Assembly (NCBI GenBank): GCA_973851085.1
Contig: OZ316776.1
Coordinates: 15,686,001-15,750,000 of the forward strand
Length of the DNA stretch: 64,000 nt
From: Ptychomitrium polyphyllum
Taxonomy: Eukaryota
Direction: 5' to 3'
In this document: in pieces, positions 13,642-26,727 of the stretch
How positions within the stretch are numbered: the first letter of the stretch is position 1
Layout of the letters: the number at the start of each line of letters is the position of its first letter
Position numbers and translations under genes: made by a program
Notes under the pieces: model-generated
Databases searched by the model: none
What the model was told of the DNA's origin: nothing
The model's input: only the letters and a program-made list of their open reading frames with translations

Positions 13642-16600
13642 TTATTAGATGTCTTAGTGCCTTACAAAAAACCAAGGACTATCATCATGTGAGCAAAAGG
13701 TGAGTGGCCGCTGTGAGTAGTGAGTTCTAAGCTAAATCTTTTTGCAGTTTTTAATGTGTGGAACTTCTATTTCTAAAGGATGGATTGGCTCACATGCTAA
13801 CAATATGATATGGGTTAAAAATTTGCAATCAGACTATGTTTCCTGAAGTGCATTTTGGGTTTCATAACTAGGTAGGTTTCACAAACTTTACAGATTTCAT
13901 GCAATTGTTTGTGTGGTTGTTTGTGGCGTGATACTTATGCCCAAACAAACTGAAGTGATCTTTCCAAAAAATAAGAAGCTGTGTAGTAGTTTTCTTTGTA
14001 GGTGAATAATTCTCTAGTTTCTTCAACTGCAGCTTCGGAAGGAACTTAGAAGATGATCCTAACTAGTGGACTTAGCTGAATAATTTGCTGCCATTGTTTA
14101 CAAACAAAAAAAACAAAATCCTGATTCTCATAGTTTTTTTGACGATGAGAGCTAGATTTATTTTACTAAATTTGTTTGGTGCATGTCAGTATATACTTTT
14201 TGTGTTCAATGTATTTCCAATGCACTGCATGACTGTGTGGGTCTGTGTGTCAGGATTCTGATCTGAGGATACAACTTGCATTCCACAGAATGGGAGGAGT
14301 TTGGCAAGTAATCAGTTATAACTGTGAGTCTCAACAAATTTTCTTTCACTTTGAGTAAGTAGCAAGTCTGTTTGGATTTTGCTATTAACAAGGCAGGAAT
14401 GCATTTTGAGTCTCTGATTGTCTTGAAGGAGTCTGCTGATTGTCCTATACTAGAGCATCTCGTTACTTAGAATATGCCTATAACCAATTTTGAAACTTTA
14501 ATTGTGAAATTTGTAAATATTTTTTACTTCAACTCGAACCTTTTACCCAAAATGCTTAACTGTTGAATTTTCCATTATTGAACAATTATTATAGGAAACT
14601 GTCTTAATATTGTATGAAGAGGTTGAATCCCTTATTAATGCTTGAAGATCCCTTGAAATTTTATGTTTGAAAAGATACGCTACATGATTCATCTTTAGAG
14701 ACTATTTTGGTAGGTATGTTAAAACAAATTTTGTAGACTGTAAATCAGAATCTATATCTTGCATGCACACATCTATCTTTGCTACTATAAATGATTTTTG
14801 GAAGCCGAAAATCAAATTTGTAAAAAGAACCACAATCTAAAACTTATTTAACAATTGTTTATCCAAAAATATATTAATAGATTTTACACAATAATTTTTC
14901 AACATTAAAAGATTTAAAAATTTGTAAAAATATAATAATGAGATTCTTATTTTGAATTTTGATCAACTAATTTAAGAAACAAGATAATTTGTTGATAGAT
15001 GAAGACAATTATTAACTTTGGTGAAGGAACTACTTTGAATCTATTCATCATATAGAATTTTAGATGCTAGGATAAATTAAGTTAAAAGTCAATACTTATT
15101 TCTGATTTAGCCATTGGAAAATTTGATAGAAACATGTAATATGGCATCACTTCTTTCTTTTGTCCTTTGTTGATAACTGATTTTAGCTATTGAAGAAGTT
15201 TATAAATGAAATTGGATTGTTATGAAGCCATTCAAAAGATATAGTGGTTTTATTAAGATTTCATAGAATTCTAATCTTATCAACTTCATTGTAAAAGGCA
15301 ACATAGTGTATAGACTTTTAGATATAAATTAAAAATTTTAACTTTCATTTGGTTAGATATTTTGATATTGCCAAGAAAAAAATTATAAATAGGATAAGAA
15401 AATCAATTTAAAATCAAATCATAGTGCTAAACACCTCAATTATGTTTCAACCCTTTTAAAAAATAAAAAAATTACAAATCCTAAATTCTTTATCCTAAAT
15501 AAAATGTCTTGCTTTGTATACTTTAAATTCTAAATTTTATGTCCTCCTCATCATTCAATCTTGTATAAATATTGAACAAAGTTATTTTAAAAGATGAGCA
15601 ATAATTCTATGTTAAATATAAATGAACAAAATAAGAACTTATATTTTTGATATGCTTACTATATAATGTAATATTGAATTTTTTTGTATTTATTTTCAAA
15701 TAATATGGAAAAAATGAATAGATAATAAAATTAGATCAAAATATTAGGTAGCATTGTAATGAAAACTTTAAATTTAACTATACTTTATCTATGTTGATGT
15801 TATTTTTTGTACATAATTTGATAGAAAGTTATAGAGATTTTTCAAATTAAATCCATTGAAGTTCCATTTGCAATTTATTCAGATTTATATTAGTGTGGCC
15901 ATTGGACAATGAATAAGATATTAAAATTCACTTCTTTGAATAAACTATGAAGCTTCCAATCTAATTATAAAGTTGCTCCAAACCTTTGATAAAATTTAGA
16001 ACTCCAACAACAAGCTACCTTTGGCAAGTGTTTAGTTGTTAAATAATCTTATTAAAAGTTAAGCATAAACACTTTATAATATTATTCAATACTTTTTTTT
16101 GGCTCAAAATCTAAATGCATGTATAGTACATCATATAATTAACAGTCTATTTAAATTTACTTTAAATCCCTAATTTTACCATTTTCTAATAGACTTTTAT
16201 CAAAAAAGAAAAACAAAGCTTGTTTATTGTTCAGTATTATTCATTTATCCAAAAGACTAAGACTCAAACAATTTCTTCCCAATCAAATTTTACATATTCA
16301 TAAAAAAGCTTTTTATATAGATAAATCAAACTAGAAATTCTATTCTGGGTTTGTAAGAAATTTTTAAGAAATAAAAAAAAACTAAAAAATTTAGTTAAAG
16401 AAAATTTAATTGATTGTTTTTTTTCACACACACAGTTATATAGTTCAGAAGATGTAAGAAGTAGTTAGTATAAGTAAATATCATTAATTCAAAAAAATGA
16501 TTAATAGATTGCATACAGTGTTTAGTTCAATAATCATACACTTTGACATTCTTACAACAAGAAGAATTTTCGTATCAAGTTTGAATTATGAAATCAATAA

Positions 16601-18276
16601 TTACATTGAAATATAGGAAAAGAAATGAATGTGTCTTCATTCTTAACTTAAAAGATCACCTAGTTCAACTAAGATACACGACCTTCATTACTAGTATTCA
16701 AATAAAACTTCCGTATACAGAGCTGAATGTATTTTTTTCTTCATGTATACATACAATTTAACGTCTTTTCTACCCTTGTCGCCTACCCTTTATGCACGTG
16801 TATTGCTTGTATTTTGAACCTCCTACATGCTGTGTGTACATAGTACGTATTATGACGAAGTACTCAAAACGTCTTCAATTTAATTGGAATTGTAGAACAA
16901 AAAACAATGATGAGGATTACTTCGTCCACTGAGTGAAAGGAGTGCTGATAATTATGAATGAAAGACTCAAAGATCATCGCATACTAAAGTCCAAAATTTG
17001 AATCTTATTGTCGTTATAGTCAGAATGATGCATGGAATGAAGATTTTAATCATTGACGTCTCTAGATGTTTCTATGTGAAGTACAACAAAATGATGAGTG
17101 GCAACTACTTTCTCGGTTATTGTGCTGTTTATATGTGTCCGATGAAGTATGTGACTTATGCTTTAAGTTGTGAAATTTGTGTTTGAACTTGGACTTCTAA
17201 GTCTCATTTATTTAATCAGTTGAAGCCTTCAGAGAAAAGGGCCCGATAGTCGATCCTTGTTCAAACTCAATTTTATTTCAAACTCAATTTTATTCCAAAT
17301 ACTCCAAATACCAGTACATACACTGGGTTTGGAAAGAATCAATGCGTGTACAAGCTTCACTGCTCCTACATTTTCAATATATATGCATATACAGAAATCT
17401 ACGAGGGAGACTGAGATCAGAAGTTCGTGAATTGCATGGTGGGCTTGCATACAAGTTGATTGTATATTTCCTTGAGTAGGATATGATCACAACAATGGAA
17501 GACTACATACAAGATTCATTCAAGAATCTAGAACTGGGGCCACCTTCATGACTTTTTTTCAGGAAACGACTATTTTGACGTGGACATGTACAGCCTCGAA
17601 CCGTGGTACTGCCCCTGCTGCTGCGTTTCGACCAATCCTGTGCCATCGATCGAATGCTAGAATCAAAATTGAAGAGGGGTCCAATCGTATCGATCGATGT
17701 AATCACGTAACGACCGCTTATTTGCGTCTTACAGTCGTGCAAACAGATATTTCCGGTTTCTGACTTGTACTGGACGAATAGGAGCCCAATATGAACGACA
17801 ACAACGAAGAAAGTGACAGCGATGCACAAGCAATATCGTTCCCACGTCGTTACCTCCAAACTGTGACTGCAACAATACGTGTGCCTGAAGCGGTTGAAAA
17901 TTTCGTTGCTCTTCAGTCACAAAAGCAAGTGAAAGTTTCGAAACCAATAATCTTTATTCATTTCGCCGAAAGCTGATGTTACAAGTTCCAACTTGAAAGG
18001 AACGCGTGATAAAAACTAGCACACTAAATCGAGAACCTGATTGGGCCCAGTATTACGATGACAGTTAAGCGTTTCTTTGAACGTGTTTATAGGCGCACTT
18101 GCGTGGGTGATCTGTGTGATTAACTTGTAACAACTGTAATAATCAACTTCTAATCTTATCTGATGCATTGAGAAAAGTCGAGAGAAGTTACAAGATCAAT
18201 TTACCAAGTTGAAGGTTACCTCAAAAAGTCGAAAACGAAGTAGAATTTCCAAAGGAGGAAGAAATAAGAGGGAGAA

Positions 18277-18381
18277 ATACAGAGAGCTGTGCAGACTGTG
18301 AGCGTGCTGCTCATGCAGCACTACAACCGAAGCTGCCAATGCGCAAGGAACCCCACTCACAGACTGAACAGCTCTCCGTAT
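18277..18381 (-). ncRNA. MIR533: pre-miRNA hairpin, miR533-like (copy 1)
   Basis: Minus-strand arms ATACGGAGAGCTGTTCAGTCTGTGAG / CTCACAGTCTGCACAGCTCTCTGTAT pair, with a G:U that works only on the minus strand. The 3p 21-mer CUCACAGUCUGCACAGCUCUC (18282-18302) matches moss miR533-3p as recalled. Confidence 0.85.
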
Positions 18382-19045
18382 CACTGCCTCACATGCAGAC
18401 AAGCATGCTCGCTGCAGCTACCGCCTTGGTGCCCCGAACTCAGAGCTGATCGTTCTTCCCGCCTTGCTGGTCCTCCAAGTGCAGAGGCGATCCACGAAGA
18501 TAACCTAAACATCCCATGCTCTAAGTTAGAGCTCAGATGTACAGGACCTTGCAATGGTCTAACAGAAATAACAAGGTCTATAGATACCTACCAAATTTCT
18601 TATCTTCAATTTTGCGGATCAAAGTTCACCAGCACATTCCGAACCCTTCGGCGCAGCCAGTCAGTAGACAATGACCATCTCGCAGTTTATCTGCCAGCTT
18701 CAACAACCGATTCAACGGAACACGTGCGAGCTACACACAGGCATTAGCTATAATCAACCCGCGAAGGCCGGGTCTAGCCTCTAGTGCATCATTCTACTAT
18801 ATCATGGAAACCCCTAAACAACCTGAAGCGGACCAAAAGAATTCATTATTTTTGGATCAGTTTATCCACAAATATTCCCCAAGTTTTCCTACGTTCAATC
18901 CCTTTGAAAAATGAGCGCACTTAAAGGACTCAATTACCAGTACTTACAAATTACATCAGAGCATCCGCATGCATCCGTTTCACTTCCACGAAAACAGTCA
19001 GTGCACAGAACTTGATGGAGCTGTAACTTCAAAGTAAGGGAGTAC

Positions 19046-19146
19046 TACGGAGAGCTAGGCAGGCTGTGAGGGCGCTGCTCATGCATCACAATAGCCGAAG
19101 CTGCGAGTTAGTGAACCCCCCTCACAGCCATGCCGAGCTCTCTGTA
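19046..19146 (-). ncRNA. MIR533: pre-miRNA hairpin, divergent miR533-like (copy 2)
   Basis: Arms GAGAGCTCGGCATGGCTGTGAGGG / CCCTCACAGCCTGCCTAGCTCTCC pair with one mismatch and one bulge. The loop is homologous to copies 1 and 3. Confidence 0.75.
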
Positions 19147-20202
19147 CCACTGCCTAATATGCACACAAGTACGATCGCTCCAGCTCCCGCCTCGCTCGGT
19201 CCTTCAATTGCACAGCCGATCCATGAAGATAACCTGAAAAGCACGTGTTCAGGAACTCGTACATACAATCCTTGCAATAATCTCACATCGTCTCCAGAAA
19301 GACAGAGGTATTGAGCTTTACTACCGATCCTCATTCGTCGTAGAATTAAAAGCCACTTTCAAGAAATGTGACTCTGTCAATTGGTGGGCCCTTACTCCAC
19401 ATCCACATTCGTAATGCTTCCGCGTACCTGGACAGCGATATACACTTGATATTTAGTACAGTGCGAAAGCGTGATGTACAGTACTCATGTACAAGACAAC
19501 TGATACGAGATTTTGTGTTGAATTATGAAATTTAATTGGCACTCAATCTCAGAAGATTGAAAAAAATAAGTTCGCCCAACGCTTGAGCCAACGAGGACAA
19601 TCTCTATTCGCCCAAAGGATTATTTACAACCAGCCATACAATTTCAAAAATCTACATTTCTGTCTTTCCATCTTGAGCATAATAGGCAGACTAGCAAAAG
19701 AGAAGCTCTAAACTGCGTTTGAGTGAACTCAAACATGGCTTTGTATAAGTGGTTCTTATCCTAGACAAAGTCTTTACAAATATACAACTAGCAGACTATT
19801 CACCTTAGATTGACTCGAATTATCAAGAAGTTCAAAGAGGTTTCCGAAGTCGTACCTTGGAAAATAACCCACCAGGCGCTGCCATTGTGTTCCAAGGTCA
19901 GATAAACTGAGGCTCCAAGTCATCACCCTACATCATAAAACGTTCAAAACAACCACGTAGATTCATTGTTAGAGACTGGAATCAAAGTGCACACCCACAT
20001 GAATATCCCAAGTACTGAGGACTGGATAAGCAATGTTTTGTTACATAGTCCCTCCCAAAGACTAAGTGCATTACCAGGACTGATCGACCATCAACAAATA
20101 CAAATTACATGACAACATCCGCATGTATCCGTTACGTCACTCCTAGCACAATGCTCACACTGAACTTGACAAAGCCGTTAGCTCAACTTCTAAAAAAGAG
20201 AA

Positions 20203-20314
20203 AGTGATACAGAGAGCTGTGCAGACTGTGAGCGCACTGCTCATGCATCAGCACAACCGAAGCTGCGATTGAGCAAAGCACTCACTCACAGCCTGAGCAG
20301 CTCTCTATATCACT
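20203..20314 (-). ncRNA. MIR533: pre-miRNA hairpin, miR533-like (copy 3)
   Basis: Arms AGTGATATAGAGAGCTGCTCAGGCTGTGAG / CTCACAGTCTGCACAGCTCTCTGTATCACT. The 3p 21-mer (20212-20232) is identical to copy 1. Confidence 0.85.
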
Positions 20315-23300
20315 GTCCCATCACCCGTGCACAAACATGCACGCTCCAGCTCCCGTCCCGGTCCTCCACATGCACTCCACCGGCTGTCTGAGCCACTAAC
20401 CAGTCACCAAGAGGTTTCATGAAATGAGAGACTCATCCGCTCAGGTCAGGTTCAGCACCAATCATGATCAGTCAACCAGCACAACCGTGAAAGAAGGAAT
20501 GGATACAGCCATCCTAGCGCAAACAACGAAAACTCCGGCACTGTGAAGCGAGGAGTTGGAGGCGCTCATGCAACATTGCAAGGAGAGCCTACAAGACCCC
20601 ACCCCAGGAGCTCTTGGAGCCCAAGTCGAGCCAGAGCTTTCCACATTCTCCGATGGAGAGGCCGAAGAGCACTGGTAGACTGTGAAAGTTGCTATTCCAG
20701 GAAGCCTAATAGTCTATTTATGCAGTTTTCAACGACCTTGCAAGACCGACAAAGGGTGCTGACGTCCGCTGCGAAATCCTACCCGCGCCCGCGCTGTGTC
20801 TTACTTACCGATTCAACCACCTACATTCGAGCAGGTAGGGCTCTGTGACATTCTTTGGGGCCAGCATGAGTGGCTCTACAGCAAGGGAACGAGTGCGCAT
20901 CCCACCAGTACGCCTACGAATACGTCTAAGTGGACAGGTGTTAATATGCAAGTGTGAGGTAAAACTTACTTTACTCTGTGCTTGAGCCCACCTTCGAACC
21001 TCGAACAACCCGGTGCAATGAACTTGAGGTTCATGGGCGGGAGCACTCATTGTTTGTCATCATTCGTTTGTTGGCAATCCCGATTTGGGGCTTTTGAAGT
21101 TATCCAGATCCTAGATCCGAAATGCCGGTTTTCGTTATTGGAGTTGACTCTAGGTTTAGCTTACTGGAGTATGCCATTTCAGCTAAGGAGCTTTATTAAT
21201 CCGATGCAATCATCACTACCCGGTTAATCGTCACTCCAGGAACGAAACTAGTGCTATAACTGCCGGTACAAATATACTCTAGAACATACTTAATTTGAAT
21301 GCAGTCATTTGAGTCGTCATTATGTGCAAGACTCCTGATAAATTATGGAAGTTTCTGATGAACTATTCTGAATTACATCCGTAAAACTAGGATGATTCCT
21401 TGGCAATTACGATGGTTTGTGGTTTGTATAGAGTGGAGCCAAGTTTGCTCTTGCTGGTCTTTCGATGACAATTCCTATTTTGGGGAAACTCAATCAGGAT
21501 GTAGTTTGAGGTGGATGATCATTTGTGATGTACGTTGTAGGTGGTTATTAGTTTTTGTAGCTGGAATCGTACAGCTGCCTGTATGTTAGAATTGGTACGT
21601 TGGGACGTTGGTACCAGCCTCTGCGGTTACTCTGTCGAATGGAACAACCACTTGTGCCAGGTCAGTGCAGTAAACTAGGTTTACTGACATAACTTTCACG
21701 GGTACAGGAGGCCCTGACATTCTCGAGTAAAAAGCTCCGGACGCTGGAGACTGAGTGATTCACTAATTGCAAGCCAGCACGTCGACAACATGTCTGACTT
21801 GATTCGAAATTTGGATAGAATGTGAAGAGTTCGCTGCAATCCAGCTCACAAACTCTACACTAACAAGTGATGAATTGACCACAGTATTGGGACTATCGAA
21901 GCGATGAGCCCTCACGGCACGAGTTCAAAGGCCCACCTTCTGGGCCTGCAGCAGCATGATCACGTGAAGGTTGTCATCATATCATGCGCCATTGCGCCTG
22001 ACACAGGACAGCAGGCTGCAGGCACTCTGCATTTTCTGTTACTGTACAAGGCTGCAAACAGAGCCAAGCAATGTTTTTCTGAAAATATCAGAGTCTGAGC
22101 CAATCATGTGCATGCATTAAAGGGTGCGATCCCGTTGATTGGGTTCACCAGTTAAGCTCCTCCAATCTTATAATCTAAGCTAGCAGGTGCACGCTCATGT
22201 GCGTTTGGACTTGTGAACTGGATAAAAACAGAAAATGTGGATTATCTGTTCCATGCAGACATGCGCAGATATTTCTTGTAAAAAAAGTCATTGGTGCCTA
22301 CAAATGAACTCCTTCCTGGTGCTCCCTTGCAGCCCGTTTGTGTTGCATCCTCTAATGTAAAGAGCCTGTTTCTCCCAAAAAAAAAGTGGATCTGCACTGA
22401 GTAAATCTGTAAACGCAGGTGCATTTGAAACTGTGGGGGTCCTTTTTCCTGTGCATGGATTTGCTTCAAAATATAATGAAATTACGGGAGTTGATAGAGT
22501 ACCACTACTCTGTAACTTTAAGCTGCAGGCGAAATCGTGGAAGGGCCTCGTAGAAAAAACGATCTTGTGTAAAAACACAACCGTGAAATACTGTGAGCTA
22601 ACTAGTAAGTTACTACTGATTCTAATAGGACGTGTCGGTGATGACAATTGATCACCTTAAGAAACGAATCCTTCCGTGAGATATTATCATGATTGTAATA
22701 TGTGTGTGGGAAAATTGTACAAAGGAGTACATTGAGTAGCAGTCAGGCAAAAAATCTTGATTAAAACTTAAGAACCGATAAAAATCAAGACTAATTTTTA
22801 TTAGCGTTTTGTGTGCAAAGATAATAGGAGGTGCAAGAGTAAAAATGTTCTGAAAATTAAAATTTCATAGCATAGATTTTTTGCCAGTAAATTATGTGAG
22901 GACTTCTATTTTTGTGCCTTCACCATGACTTAATAGAACTAAAATTAGAAGCTATGTTAAACCAATGAATCAAAGAGTTCTTCATTTGATTTTCATCATA
23001 ATTTCACATTCTATTACAAATTAATGACATATTACAATCAAATGCATTGAGAGTCTCTTATAATTTAGCTCTAAATACAAGATATAATATACTTTAACAC
23101 TAATTATGATTTACTAATTTAATTCATTCTAAATTTTTTGAAAACATGTATTTAAAAATTAAATCTATTTATTGTATTTTTTAGAAAGACATTCATGTTG
23201 AATAATTATTCACAATTATTTTTTCTACATCTAATATCAATTAAAATTCACCTATTTAAAATAAAAATTTGTTAAAAGAAAAAAGCGAATTTTGATTTAA

Positions 23301-23596
23301 ATAGCTATATAGGTATATTTTTTATTTGAAATAATTATAATATTGTAAAGGATACTCATAATTATTTTAATAAAATCGCAAATATATATTTTTTGTTCTA
23401 TATTAATTATAATCTACATTGTACCATAATATTATAAAAGTCTTAGAACCCAAGTGGTAATTTAATTAAAAAAATCAAAACTTTTTTTTTACATTTAGTA
23501 TGAATCATAATTCATTTGGTGATAAGATGTTGAAAATGAAAATCTAGTTAATACTCAGTATGAGGGAATTGCATTTAATGTTTTGGAAGGATATTT

Positions 23597-24255
23597 AAGT
23601 CACATTCAGAAAAAATTCACAATTGATATTTAAAAAAGCATTTAAGTTACATTAAGACTAAAAGAATCATACCTCACATTTTCAGAAGGAATCTAAGTCA
23701 CATCTAGTCTAAGAGAATCACAATTGACATTCCTAAAGAGAACTCAAGTCACATCCAGATTTAAGAAATCATAACTGACATTTTCAAAGCAAGCTTCAGT
23801 CACATCCAAAAAAAACTTAAGTCACATCTAAATTGAAAGAATCATGATTGACATTTTCAAAGCAAGAGAACTCAAGTCACATCCAGATTTAAAGAATCAC
23901 AACTGACATTCTCAAAGAAATCTTAAGTCACTTCTGGACTGAAAGAATCACTGTTGACATTTTGGAAGAAAGCTCAAGCTACATCAAGATTAAAGAATCA
24001 TAATCTGACAATTTCAAAGCTAGTTTAAGTCACATCTAAACTGAAAGAATCATAGTTGATAGTCTAGAAGAAAGTTTAAGTTACATTAAGTTTAAGAGAA
24101 TTATAACCTGACATTTTCAAGAAAAATATAAGTTACTTCTAAATTGACAGAATTACACCTCACATTCTAAAAGAGAGCTTAGAATTACATCAAGATTGAA
24201 AGAATTACAATTGACATATTTAAAGAAAGGTTAAGTCACATTTAGATTGAAAGAA
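23597..24255. repeat. Degenerate 51-bp tandem minisatellite, about 13 units
   Basis: Recurrent unit such as aagtcacatctagtctaagagaatcacaattgacattcctaaagagaactc (51 nt), with AAGTCACATC, GAATCA and TGACATT cores at about 51-nt spacing. Confidence 0.9.
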
Positions 24256-26727
24256 CTAGAATTAAATTTTTTAATGTTTCTTCATATTTAATACCAATTA
24301 AAATTTGTAACTAATGATGAAGAATTATAAAAGAAAATTTAAGAGGACAAATTTAGTACTAATTTTGTTTTAATTATTTAATATTTATTTAATAAAAAAC
24401 TTAAGCTCTAAATTTTTATAGTTGTTATATCATATCCAATTTCACAATTTTTTTTTTCATATTGCAACTATAAATGCAATTAAGCAAATGTAAAGGGTGT
24501 ATTCATGGAAGAAGTGGCTTTTAATTTATTAACTTCTTATATAATATGCTTTCAATAAATATAATATTATATACTTAAAACTTTATAAATTTAGCTTTCA
24601 AACACTAAGCTTGGAACTAAATCAAGGACTGTGGTTAAATAGAACAAAAATGAAGTTGATAATTAAGTATATAATTTTAATATAGTCTTAAATTACTTAA
24701 AAATCACAAATTGAAGGTAGTAAATAGTTGCACTCTAGCTATAAAGACAATTACAATTAAGAAACTACACTAAGAAAGGTTTATGAATGATTTTATTTCA
24801 ATAATAATTTTTTTTTATTATGTTAAGTTCCTATAATAGAGACCTTCTCATATAATGATTCTTTGATTTAGGAATGTTTGTGATAAATGAATGCTTGTTA
24901 CGAATCATTATTTAAAATTCGAAAATCATACGAAAAATCCTATAATTAAGTATTCATCCATTTGAATACTTCTTTAAATACCATATGTAATTAATTTATT
25001 ACATTTAAAAAATGTTGTGGCCAACTTTAACAACTTAGGATTCTTGAAACTCTTGAAAGGAAAGGAAGTAAAATTCAAAATTAGTACTAAAATATTGCCT
25101 AAATATCACAATGTATCACCAAGAAAATATCTCAGGGATCACACGAGCTATAGAAGTAACTGTAACGACCTGGTAAAAATGGAAAATATTACTGGGCCCA
25201 GGGCCTATAGTACCCCACCGACATTTTCTTGCACACTATTACCACACAAGGATGGAACACCTTCTACCCCACCCGGAGTAACTGAAAACTGGCAGTAAAA
25301 CGTCGGTGATTTACTGGCTGTCACATCGTAAGCGATCACGGGATCGACCCCTGACACTGGGAAATCTGCCAAGGCAATCTCTCGCTCACAGCAAACGCAG
25401 GTCCGTGTGAGGGGAGGTTCTCATCAACATCAACTCATCTCCTTTCACCTTAATCCTTTGCCCCTCATGCTTCTCTCGTGGTTGTTGCTCCTCTTGGTGG
25501 TCACATACGTTTCATGTGGGACCTGTAACTTCAGTCTCTCCTTTTCTTTTACTTCATCTCTTTTCTATTTCTTTTCCGGTGTGATGCGCACTCTACATGA
25601 CCCTGCCTTGCCAACGCATCTCTGAAGTTGACGCCCGTTAAAGAAATCACAAATTCAAGGTTGTACTCACGCTGTGTCTTCCACTGTGAGAATCAAGTCA
25701 GTATGATACTCGGGTGATACTTGTGTCATGCCCGGGACCGGCTGATGGGATACCCGTCGTACTGATGTGATGCCTGGGTGCGCCCCTCGTTGATTGGCGA
25801 ACTAGACTAAGCTGTTTGAAGGTTAGTTCACTGGCAACGAGCACAGAGGCAGTCACTGCATCCAGAGTGTTCTATTGACATCCATGGGATACTTAGGTGG
25901 TACATGGGTGGCGCTCGTGAGGTACTGCTGTGGTACTTATCAGATACTCAGGCGGTTATCTTAAGGACTGGACAAGATGACCACGTTGTGAGCCTGTGTG
26001 TGCTGCTTGTTAGAGTTTGTTGCTGATCAGAGACGATGCATCCGGTCTGCTTGGTGGGATGGCAGTTGGAAGTTGGCTGAAGCAAGCTTTGGCGGGAGGC
26101 AATCAGATGCCGAACGTGGATTGAAGAAGCAAAGCTATTTGCTGTGAAAGAGCTTGATGCAGAAACAGGTAGACCGTGTTGAACAAGTTATGAGTTTTGG
26201 AGTTCTTGCAAGCTTGCAGTGTGCATGTAGTTCGTTGCACTGAATGTTGTCATATGTAGGACACGCTCGGAGCGTTCGTTTCTCGTGACAAGGCTAAGTT
26301 TAGGGCTGCGGTGCTCTAATTTGTCGCTGCTTTCATAAGTTTGGGTGTTTCCGAAGTGATGCTGATGGACACCCGTTCTTGTTACATCAGTAAAACTCAA
26401 TTTTGTTTCAGCTTCATGTGTAGGATATCATTGGTCAAAATGTGGGTTCATCAGGTCATGTGGTACCATGGGTACATCTTTATATGAACATGTTTTTATT
26501 CATTGCTGTGCCTTGTAGTGTGATTGTCGACTCTGCACATGCGTTTGGGAGAGGTAGTTTGGTTGTGGTACACATCATTCAGATGTTCTACAATTCAGTG
26601 TGTGCCTGATGTCACTGGCAGATTCAAGAGACTTGGTAATTAAATTTTTGTCTACGATGCCTATTATGCTAATGGTCTGTGAAGACTTATTTGTCCTCCT
26701 TGTGATAATGCAGATATCATATCTCCC

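Noticed and set aside
17644..17699. Inverted repeat catcgatcga...tcgatcgatg as a fourth miRNA
   Set aside because: The stem is only about 10 bp of self-complementary low-complexity sequence.
23597..24255. Regular repeat array as a CRISPR array
   Set aside because: Units are contiguous and homologous along their length, with no unique spacers and no cas genes, in a eukaryotic context.
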